Source of the DNA: Podarcis pityusensis
Taxonomy: Eukaryota
Assembly: GCA_964106645.2 (NCBI GenBank)
Contig: OZ067054.1
Length of the DNA: 64,000 nt
Reading direction: 5' to 3' (one strand)
Shown here: positions 34,801-46,800 of the stretch, in pieces
How positions within the stretch are numbered: the first letter of the stretch is position 1
Layout of the letters: each line of letters begins with the position of its first letter
Notes under the pieces: generated by a model
What the model was told of the DNA's origin: nothing
Database searches by the model: none
The model's input: the letters and a program-made list of their open reading frames with translations, nothing else
Program-made: the position numbers and the translations under genes

Positions 34801-37800
34801 AAGCACAATTTTGCAGTTTAGACCGCCTTGCTTTTATTTGCAAATGAAACACCTTGGATATTTCAGCCCTTGCCAGTCTTACTTTGTATGCTGTTACAGC
34901 AGAGCTTTCCAAACATTTCATGTTGGTACACACTTTTTAGACATGCATCATTTCACGACACAGGAATTCAGTTTTACTAGCAAACCAGAGATTAAACTAA
35001 CCCCTTTCCACCCTGGAAGGAGTGCAGGGAGAGTTCATGCAACACAGAGCTTGGAAAGCTCTGCTCTACAGAAACAGCCCTGATCTGCCCCTGAATCTTA
35101 CTGAGCACCCTAAATAGGTGCAGATTTGGGGAACTGAATATTATGGACCCCCCTTCACAATTTCATAGATGAGCTGCACATCTATCTATCTTGAAGCACA
35201 ATAGAGCTTGGCCTAATTTTTGCAACTTATTCAAAAGTCTGCAGCCTTGCCTCAAAGTGTGGAGTCACACCAGGCAGGAGATTGTGGGCTGGCATGATGG
35301 CTCACAAGCCAGGTGGCAGGAAGCTGCCCATGGGGACTCGCATGCCATCATCGCCACCACCAACACAGCAGATGCCAATACAGGAAACCAGCAGTGCAGA
35401 CACAGCAGCATTTTGACACAGCAGCCTGCACAGAGAACTGCACGAGCTCTGGCCTTTGCAGCAACAGGGCTGTGACCTCCTAAGTAAAGTAACTTGGCAA
35501 AATGGGCACTCTAGGCAGGTGGCTCGTGAGCAGCAATTGCTAACCCACAACCTGAGTCGAGACAGCAGCAGGAGAGAAGGGGTGTTGCTTTTTTCTGTCC
35601 TGCACAGCTTAAGACACACCCTGTCCACTTCCACTCACAATTCCATGAAGAGAACCGTGCTGGGAGAGTCTTCAAGCCAGCAGGAAGCGACTGGGCGCTT
35701 AAAATTTGTCTTTTTGTTGGCCTTGGGCATGTTTCTGCCCCTCCCATTTCCTCTTCTGCATTGCCAACTGAATCGGCAACTGGGAACTGGGATCAACCCC
35801 CACCTCCAGACAGCCTTTTTTTTTGTTACCACACCTATTCTTAGTTGTACGGCGTAGTAGTCAAGTAAGCTGTACTCAGAGTATGCCTACTGAAATCAAG
35901 GAACCTAATGGAGTGATAAGTCACTTTGAATCACCAATTATTAGTTACTGTTTTTACAAAAGCAACTCAAAGTGGCTTATCACATCAATCACATAACATT
36001 CACACAAAAATCAGCATAAAACAAAACAGAAAAATCTAAAACACATCCATGTTTTTAAAAGGCAGGGTCAAAACAATTTCAATGGGTCTACTCTGAGAAA
36101 AATTTAGCTGAGAACCTGAGAAAAGCAGTTTGAAGTTGGGAGGGGGCAGAGTAAGGAGGATGCCAGCACCTCCCAGCTCAACATCACTCAGTCCCAGAAA
36201 CAACCGCTGAGATTTTTACGCAATGCATGGGTTGCTGTTACAGAATGGAAGCTGAATACTTGGGGGGGGTGTGGTGTGTGTGTCCTGGATTCAGTTTGCA
36301 TTGTTGATTACTGCCACTCCCAACTTTGAGGAGGAGAATTTACTAGTTCTGGACAGAGCCAGGCTCCTTGTAAGTCTACGTTTGCAGTTTGGTTGGCCTT
36401 CTTGCTCTTTGATGTAGACTGAGGCTGGACCCTGCAGTGCCTTTCATCAAGGAATGCAGCCATCGTATAAGACTCCTGGCCACCATCATCATGCACAGGC
36501 TTGGCAACCTGACTTCTTACAGTAACGCCCTTATGGTGGGAGCCTGTGGGCCTCCACCCACAACAGCCCTAGCCAGCCTGGCCAATGCTCACGGATGATG
36601 GGAGTTGTAGTCCAACACCTGGGGGAGGGGCACAGGTTCCACATCTTTATATGGACCTGACAAATGCTATCTGGGAACTCCAGCTACAGCAGAAGTCCGT
36701 TGCCCATGCCTTGACAGAACTGCAGAATATGCTACGGGGATGGGTCATTCTGCTACAAACTACTTGGAGGTTTGCTCAATCTTGCTCAAGGTGCTGACTT
36801 ATAAAGTCTTGTTTGGTTTTAGACCAGCATCTATCTCTGGGAGCATCTTCCATCAGAGGGAAAACAAGATCTGCCGGGGGCTCTTGTGGAGTTCAGCCTT
36901 TGCCATGGAAAAGGCTTTTATTTTTATATTTTTTAAAAAAGCTAAACAAAGATCCTGAGTGTTCTTTCAGGCCATGACCCAAGCCACCACTGCCGTTTCC
37001 CTTTCACCTTGAGTTTTTGTAGCAGTTGCTTTTAAAACTGGATGTGAATGACCCATCTTCCAACACAATTAAATAATGACTCTGCCTCCGACTGCAAAGC
37101 ATCTATTTTATTTATATATTAGACTTATATACCACCACCACCCCCGTTATCAAAAGATCTCAGGGAGGTTCACAACATCTAAGCAGATCATTCTTTAACA
37201 AACCCATTGGATCTGCTTGGACCTTATATCACTTCAACGGGAAAGAGGCCAACCACACACAGAAAAATCTCAAGCCCAAGGAACCTGTTGTGGGCCTCAA
37301 TTATTTTGGAATTACAATCCAAACTTGCTGGAGCTGATGGGAAATGGCAGTCCAACACCACTTGGAGGGGCCACAAGTTTCCCACACCTGCTCTCCACCA
37401 TCAGATGCCTGCCCTCCCCTGTTACAGTTGCTAGGAGTTCATTTTAGAAAGGAATAATAGAACTGTAGATTTGGAAGGGATCCCAAGGGTGATCTAGTCT
37501 CGTCCAACCCCCTGCAATGCAGGAATCTCGACCAAAGCATCCAAGGCAGGCGGCTACCCAACCTCTGCTTAAAAATCTCCAAGGAAGGAGAATCCACCAC
37601 TTCCCAAGGGAGTCCATTCCACTGTCAAAAGAGAAAAGGACCCAACAGGGGGTGGGTCATCCACTGTACAGCAAGCCTGACCCTGCTCTGCCAGGCCCTC
37701 CTTACCTTCGTCAATTTCTGTGACATGGCACTCTTCTAGGGCCCCCGAGGGGCTGTGCACCTTGGCATCAATCACACCTTTGGCCCCGTTCAAGCTGACG

Positions 37801-40800
37801 GCAAACGAGGCTGGCTGGTTCACCTTTAACCCTGACTCCTGGAAGCACACAGCACGTTAGGCAGCAGAAAGGACAGAGCGGGCAATGGCATCAAGCTTTG
37901 GCTACCACAACCCCCCCCCTCCTCACCCCCTTGAGGACAAGGCAGAAGGTCACTTACCTGAGAGCCAGGTGGCTTAGAGAGGGAGAGCTGCCCCAGGAAA
38001 CTGGGCCGCAGTGCAAGAGGCAGGCAGGCAAGCAGCAACAGGGGAGGATTTGTTAGGCTAGTACCCTGAAAGAGGGAGGCTGGCAGTTTTCAAAAGGATG
38101 GCAGCAAGATTGGCAGAGGCATGGGCCAGGGAAGCTCTCCATCTTTAAGCCCCAGCAGCCAAAAGGAGCAGGGGACTGTTAGCAGCCTTTAAACGAGACA
38201 CGAGAAAAACCCCAGAGCAGATCCCTAGATGGCCAGCAGGGCTGACACAGTGGCTGTCCCAAGGCTGGCACAAGGCACCCACAGAATCATAAAATTGTGG
38301 GGTTGGAAGGGACCACAAGGGTCCAACCCCTGCACCCATCTTGTCCTAAGTTGTTTAATCACCTTATCTTGGCAAAAACCTCAGTCACACCACACCCCCA
38401 GATCAGTACAGATTGGGAGCACACCCTCGCCCCAATCTGCGTCTCCTCCCGCCCCACTTTCAGGATCCAAGTCTCTTGGATCAAGGAACAGCCAGCCCAG
38501 GAGAGCAACAGTGCCAACTCAATCCAGCCAGCAGGGGGAGCAAATGGGCGGTTTCTCCCAGTGCCTCACCTGAAGACTAGAAACAGTGAGTCGACGGGCA
38601 TCATCTGAGGTGGAGGTGGCAGGTACCACAAAGGGACTGTCTGGGATGTGCTCATCATTGAACTTCACAGAAACCTCGTAGTCTCCTGCAAGCAAAGAGG
38701 GAGGAAGGAAGAGGAATTAAGGATGCTTATCCAAAAGGCTCAGTCAATGGAGGACTGGAAATCCAGACATGGGGAGTTTTTTCTTGTTTGAGCATGAGAT
38801 CAGCACCTGAAGCCTTGCTCTGCATCAGGCTGGCAGGTATTTGGGGCTTTTCAGCAGTGGCCATGCACATCTTTGCAAATACATACGGCTACATCACCAA
38901 TTATTTTTAAGGAAACACTCTGAAGATTTCTTTATTATTATTATTCAGTCTGCATTTAGTTAATAGAATGCGTAAAAAGAAATATTAGATGTTGCCACTG
39001 CCAATTTTAATTGAATGATTTTTTAATTTAATGATGTTTGTAATTATTGTATTTTCTATCAAATTATCAGTTTGACGTGCAGATGGGTCCCCATATGGAA
39101 CAATTACCACATATTTACTATTTGGGTAATGTCAGCATGAAGTTGCATTTCATATTTAACAGTTTTCTTGAAATTACATATTTCAACAACTGAACTGCCA
39201 AAAATGGGAGTGAGAGATGCTCCAAAAACATTTTGAGTGATGCTTTCTGTATCTTAAAAGTTTTCAGTAGACTTCAAAATTCACACCTCTAGCATGTAGA
39301 AGTTCTTCTAAAACACCATACTACCTCAAGCCCCAATCCTTAATTAATACATTGTGTTTGATAAGGATGGAGGTTATAATAATGCATCTCCCAAATACAA
39401 TCTGTTGAAAGCAGCCCTCCCCTCCCTACCTTCAATAAAAAGCATTTGAGATCTAGCTGAGATTCCCTCCCCTACTTGCAAACTGTGGGGCAGCCAGTTA
39501 CCCAGCTTGCGTTCCAGATGGCCGCTTCCAAAGATCTGCCAGCCTCATTAGCAAACAGAAAGCTCTTTAGAGCACTGGATCCATTCCAGGTAGTTGGCAA
39601 CACGATGCCTGTTGGATTCCAGAAGTTGGCTGCCTGCAGATTCCCTGAGTGGCTTATGGGAGCCGTTCCCAAGAGAAGGAGCTAGAACAAGCTCTGCAGA
39701 GAGGGAGGGAGGCCTGCCTCTGGAGCTTCTCCAGCAGCCACCCGTTGGACCAGACCTCGGTTTCCGAGTTGCAACATACAACTTCCATCTGCCTTGTGCT
39801 CAACATATGATTCTTTGAATCGGATGTTGGAACACGATCCTTACTTTACTATTGCTTAAGGCAGATCTACAACCTGTGGAGCAAAGAGCAGCAGGGATCT
39901 CCCTCCACTGAGCCTTACACCAGCCATATTTTCTTTCTCTCTAATACCTGTGTCTTCTGGCTCCTATCGCTCTGCCTAGAAACAGCCGGAAGCCTTGCAA
40001 TCTCCAGGCCTTTGACCTGGCCATTGAAAACCTAGATGGATTGTTTTTAGATCACCTCTCCACAGTGACGTGTAAGGCTGCCCTTCTTGGCTCTTGCATT
40101 CTCTACTACCTTCACCCCCCCCCTCAGATTCAGTTAAATTGGGAGCTATCTACATCCATTTAACACCACATTTGTATACCACCTCTCAGCTGAAACAAGG
40201 GCCATTCCACAAGCTTGGTTTACAAGGGGGGAAAGTATGAAAGCCAGTGCAAATGCCAAGAGTGAGGATAGCCATGATGGCAGTGGCGGGGGTTCTCCAG
40301 AAGCTGCCGGACTACAACTCCCATCAGCCCTAGGGAGCATAGCCAAAGGTCATGGATGATGGGAGCTGTGGTCCAGCAACATCTGGAGGGCACCATGTTG
40401 GCTACCCCACTCAGTAATGGAATTGGAACACAATATTGAAAACCAAGAAGAAAAGAGTTAAACCCTTCAACATCGAATTAAATGTCGGATGTAATAAAAA
40501 CGGTGGCCACTTCCCCCTGGAAACCATCAAGGACAGGGCCAGTCTAGCCTCCCTAGGGAGGGGATTCCAGAACCAGGGACCTGCCCCAGAAAAGGCCGTT
40601 TTGCCCTGACACCAAACATCCCCTCTTTTGGTGGAGAGAACCTAGTCCTTCACCCTGTAGTGCTGATAAAGCCTGTTTTCAGTCCACACACCCCTCATCT
40701 TGGCGGCCTCTTCTCCTAAAGCTGAAGGCCAACACTGAAAGCTGGAGATGGCAGAGCCCAACATTTTGATCTCTCACTAAGTATTCCCTAATCCTCATGC

Positions 40801-43800
40801 ATCTGCTACAGCTGGCAAAATTGCCCCACCTCACCCTCTCAGGCACACAAAACACCCCCCTTCCCTCCTGCATCCATGCCCTCCCTTCTTTAAATCTCCT
40901 GTTAAAAACCCTCAGCCCATGCAGCCATCTTCTCCATGCAGCGCCCATGACCACTTACCAGGTTCTTGCACAATGTAGGAAACACCACATGAACCATCTT
41001 TCCGGTCTTCAAAAGCAATCTCTGCCTTACTGGGGCCCTCCACAGCAATGGAGAGGCCACCAGCCCCAGCCTCCCGCGTCCAGATGCTAAACTCAGCTGG
41101 GGAAGAAGGCAAACAAGTCTTATTAGGAGGTGCTCCATCATTCTCTTTTGCTAATGCAAATCCCACCTTAGCACTAAGCTTGGGACAAAAAGCCTTTCTC
41201 TTACTAATATCCGAAACATCCTTTGCAGAGTTTGTTCCAGTAACCACTGCATAGCCTTCCCCAACCTGGTGTCCTCCAGAGATTTCAGATCCATCAACCC
41301 CAACCATTGGCCAAACTGGCAGGGAGCTTTAGTCCAAAATGTCTGGAGGGCACCCAGATGCTCTAGTGGGACACCTTCGCAGGTGGTGTGGATCCTGACC
41401 CTTGTGTTTGGGGATGCTTCTTCTGATATAACACTTAAACCAAAAACAGCCAACATGGCGCTCTGCAGGTGTTGCTGGACTACAACTCCCATCAGCCTTA
41501 GAGGGCATCATGTTGGCTACTCCCAACTTAGGGCAGAACTGCACCATACATCTAAAGCACCTTCCCAAAGAAGCCTGGGAACCACAGTTTCCCACTCACA
41601 GGACTACAAGTCACCGTACCCATAACAAACGACAGGGCTCAAGATTCTTTGGGGAAGTGATGTGCTTTAAGTGTATGCTGTGGATTTGCCCTTAGCCACA
41701 AGGCCCAGGGGGATTCTGATAGCAAGACTGGTGGTGCTATATAATCATCATCCAAGTACACTTGAGTTTTACAGAACACGCCCAGGGGACAGGCCCCTCT
41801 TCTCGGGATATGGGAGCTGAAAACTGAAGGGAGATGGAAGGACAATGTGGCCTGGTGGGCGGAAGATGACATTGGGAACATTTCCCCATCATTTCTTTAT
41901 CATTAAATGGTGCCTAACCTATGGTTCTATGGACTACAGCTCCGATCATCCCTGACTACCATTTTTTTGCTGTCTCGGGCTGATGAGAGTTGTGGGTCCC
42001 AACAACTTCTGAAGGATGATCAAGGGTCTGGAAACTAGGACTTATGAGCAACAGTTGAGGGAGTTGGGTGTGTTTAGCCTGGATAAGAGGAGAGGAGATA
42101 GGAAAGCCCTCTACCAGTATCTAGAGGGCTGTTACATGGAAGAGGGAGCAAACTTGTTTTCAGTGGCTTCAAGTTACAAGAAAGGAGATTCTAACTAAAC
42201 ATTCAGAAGAAGCTTCTGACAGAGCCATTGGACAGTTGAATGAGCTCCCTTGGGAGGTGGCGGACTCTCCTTCACTGGAAGTGTTTAAGCAGAGGTTGGA
42301 TGACCATCTGCCATGGTTGCTTTAGCTGAGATTCCTGCATTGCAGGGGGTTGGACTAAATGACCCTTGGAGTCCCTTCCAGCTCTACCATTCTGAGATTC
42401 CAGGGTTCCAAGGCACCCCTGCAGTCATGTCAGACAATGCAGGCTGACCTGCCTCAGTCCCCATCACTGCCTCAAAAGACTTTTTCAGGCACAGGTTGTA
42501 CCAGCTTAAGTGCTAGCATCTCACACCCCTCCCTCCCACAACTCCCAAGTTACACCCTTTTGCCTATCCTGTCCCCTTCCCACCTCCATCCAAGGCCACA
42601 GTCCTACCTGGCACGCCAGCTTCAGCTCTCTCCAGTCCAGGGCCACCTGCCCGGACCTTGTGTGCGCCACCCTCACCAAGAGGGCCCACGGTGAACTGGA
42701 AGGGGCTTCCGGGCACATGCTGCCCTTTGTACTTGACGCTGACGGAGTGGATGCCCGTCTCAGTGGGCACAAAGCGGATGCAGTAAGTGTTGTTTTCTGC
42801 CTCCAAGATCTCTGCATCGTGGGACTTGCCTGAAGGGCTGGTGACCTGAGCCGTCATGTCCCTGATGTTGATTTCTGTGGGAGAAGGGGCAGCAAATAAA
42901 ACAGCTGTAGAAACATGGGACCGCAGCTTCACTCCTTCCCTACCATCAGCCAACAGCACTGTGCTAAGACCATCAAGATCCACATGCATTCTATGGCAGG
43001 GGTGGCCCACAGGGCATTCAGAGCAGCTGGATCTTAGTCCAGTTCACCACTTAATCCCTTGTTTCCCTACCCCATTCTCAAGGTAACTTAATGCTGCTCC
43101 TTGTCTGAATAGTCAGATCTTAATAATTTTCTCCAGATCCAATATTTCTTTTAAAAACAAAACAAAACAACCATTGTAAATACAAGGCAAGTGATACTGC
43201 ACCCCTATTGTTCTAGATCAGTCACCCCCAACCTTTGGCCCTCCAGATGTTTTGGACTACAATTCCCATCATCCCTGACCACTGGTCCTGTTAGGTAGGT
43301 ATCATGGGAGTTGTAGGCCAAAACATCTGGAGGGCAAAAGGTTGGGGATGCCTATTCTAGATGAAGGCCAGGACAGGATCCCTTCCACAATAGCCTTGGC
43401 AGGAGCAGACACCACTGGCAAGCAGAGGTATTTCACTGTACAAATGTCACACTTCTTCCAGAGGCGATCTGAATTCTAACACAGTGTGAGGCCTGTACTG
43501 GTAGCCAGCACCAGTTACAGAACATGCACATGGTGGTGGTGCATTGAGGAATGCGGCCTTCCCAAAGAGATCCCCCCTCAAGGAGGTAGATTTGCAGTGG
43601 TCCTTTCCCCCTTTTCAAAACATGCATAAAATTACCCTCATTGTTTCCAGGTAGTTCTGCTGACATTAGGGGTTTGGACACAATGCCCTAAACTGCTGAT
43701 TTATATTCAAATAGAAGCAGTGTTCACTCCACTTGCAAACACAACAGTCTAGCCACAGTTTTACTTCTGAGCCTTACAACCAGGAAAAAAGCAAGCACAT

Positions 43801-46800
43801 ATACACGAAAAAACTCGAATAAAATTCTGAAACTCTACATATTAAAGGGAAACAACAACAGGAGAAATGAAAAGAAAGCAATTGTGCTGGGATGAGAGAA
43901 TGGGAAAACTTTAGGAGGCATTGAGGGCTACATAACATGAGGTCAAGGGCTGTATGTGGCTCCCAGTTACCAACCTGTGTCTTAAACCAAAGTGTTCCAC
44001 CAACTTGGCTATGATTTGGAAGGACTCCCAGATGGCCATGCCTGTCCTACACTTCAGCACTTTCCCCATTCTAACAGCCTCTGTGCCAACTGGGGGAACT
44101 ACAAGTCAGCTGGGCTGAATATGCTTTGGTTTTGCACTGTATCATTCTGAGCTGGAAAACAAGGCTTATGGAGATTTGAACACATACTCTGGGTTCCAAA
44201 ATTTCGCTGGGCACTGTCCATGGGCCTTCCAAACTTCTCTGTGCCAAGTTCAAGGGTGGGATTGGAATAATCCTGACCTTTAACCATGTGGGAGGGGTAC
44301 TTAATAGCTCGTTTTGGGCAATAGCTCTCCACTGCTGGGCTTGTTTCAGGCAGCACCCCAAACCACAAAGCCTATCCTTAAGCCACTCACCTGGGATTTT
44401 CAAACTGAGGTCGCACTGGCTGCCAATGTTGGCAACCGAGGGGGCTTTGCGGCGGCGTGTGATCATCTGCTTCATTCGTCCTTCTCCTGTCACCTTCACA
44501 GAAAATGGACTCCCTGCACCAGAGACATGGAGGGGGAGAGAAAGTAAGCCAGAGGGAGAGGGACTTGCTGGCTCAGCCACATGATCCAATTGGCCCTTTC
44601 AGGGAGAGGAGATCATGGATTTGGGTGGGGGTAGGTTTCAGGGCAGGAGCCCAAGAAAGCATCAATTTCCCTGTGTAAGCTTTTGAATGTCACCACACAC
44701 ACACACACACACACACACCCCACCCTCAACATCCTCCAGTGTAGCCAACACCTCTCATCTGGCATTAAATCTCATTAAGAAAACTATGCAATCATTTTGT
44801 CACACGTTTTAGACTTATCACTAACTGGAAAGCTAAGGACTGAATGTTCTCCATACAAGGCCTAAATAAAAAAATAAAAAAGCCACACCAAGTTAGGAAA
44901 TAAGCTAGGCAGGCCTCTTTGCCTTGGTCTGCTGCTGGGGAGGATCCAGAGGAGCATTGGACTGCCCTTTATCTGCAACCCTGAACAGCAAAAAGCTGCA
45001 ACAAGCAATGCTGCTGATCATGCAGTGTGTAGGCTGCATATACATTGGAGCAGATATTTGTTTTACAAGTGGTGAACCCCCTGCTTTCAACTCCTGCAAT
45101 GCTTTGTATCCATAGTTCAACCAGAAGCAAGCACTGGAAGGTAATTTGCAATCTGTTCCAGCAACCCAAGTATTACGGACACCTTTGTCTTATCTTCAAT
45201 TGGAGACATGTTCTAGGATCCCACCAGCACTTCCTGAACGCACCTTTGCTCCCCTCGGCCCATGCAACAACCCACCAAAGAGGAGACTACCCGCACCTGG
45301 AACATGCTGGTCTGCAAACTTGATGTTGATGATGTAGTTGCCAGGCTCTGTTGGACAATACGTGACTTTGCAAGTACCATCCTCTAGGTCCTCAGTATTG
45401 ATGTCGACCTTACTGGGGCCTTCAATGGACAAGCTCAGCCCACCATAACCTAAGAGAGAGGCAGTTTGTAGTAACAGGGCTTTGTTATATGTTTGGACAT
45501 CACCACCATGAGCTATAGGGGACGCGGGTGGCGCTGTGGGTTAAACCACAGAGCCTAGGACTTGCCGATCAGAAGGTTGGCGGTTGGAATCCCCATGATG
45601 GGGTGAGCTCCCATTGCTCAGTCCCTGCTCCTGCCAACCTAGCAGTTCGAAAGCACGAAGTGCAAGTAGATAAATAGGTACCGCTCCTGCGGGAAGGTAA
45701 ACGGCGTTTCCGTGTGCTGCTCTGATTCGCCAGAAGCGGCTTAGTCATGCTGGCCACATGACCCGGAAGCTGCACACCGGCTCCCTCAGCCAATAAAGCG
45801 AGATGAGCGCCGCAATCCCAGAGTCGGCCACGACTGGACCTAACGGTCAGGGGTCCCTTTACCTTTACCATGAGCTATACATGTGCATACAGGCACGTAC
45901 ATATGAACACACACTGTGCTTTGGAAACAGTTGCAAGAGTGAAAAGCATAGGCAATTTGGTCTGCTTTTACTGCTTGTGTTACTCCACTGCAGTTACCCA
46001 TGAGGAGATGTCAAAGTATTAAAAGTCCAGATGGGGGGCCTTGATGACCTCCAGATACTGTTAACTACTACATGGATCAGTTCTCCTCTCCACCCCATGG
46101 CCAAGGAGGACAGGAGCTGGTCCAGCAAGAACATCTGGGGGACCACAGATTCCTACCACTGTTTAGATACTTTGAGGACCTTCCCCCTCAGTTTCTAGTT
46201 TGCAGTCATGGGAGTCTTTCCCTGATCTTTCTGACAACTACTAGACACAGAATACTGGAATATATGGTCTGATCCAGAAGGGTCATAGAACTTTCTGTCT
46301 AAGCCAGCTTCTCAAAATGCAGACTTTTGCACATCCTTGTTTCTTTCAAACCCTGAACGGTAGATGATCACTTCAAGCACTTGAGAGCTCCGTCACTGAG
46401 ATGCACTTCAGGGATCCCACTTCCTCCAGGGATTCCGAATTCTTTTTGCAATCTCTTTTTTCACCCTGCTTCTTACTCTTTAGTCTACCTTGATCACATA
46501 ACAGTACATCCTGCAAAAGTCACATGGTCCACTTTTCAAGAAGGGCTTCTCTAAACACCTATGCACGTAGGGTTGTAACTAGTATGCATGGAGCAGTAGA
46601 ACACCAGTATGCTACCTTTCCTATGTCTATTCCTGAACATCAGGCTAGCCAAAGATGGGGCTTGTCAGCTAGAGGACAAATAGCCAGCGTCACCATGGTG
46701 AAACAGATTGGATCAGTGGGGTGGAAGAGATGAAAACAAACCAAGGATCTTAGTGATTTGTGTTTCTGGTGTATTGCTCCCCAAGAGCAATAAGAACTAA

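Noticed and set aside
37949-37973. Alternative ECS candidate for the FLNA editing site
   Set aside because: Only short interrupted pairing; 38175-38211 pairs far better, and this segment is better explained as a microexon and donor.
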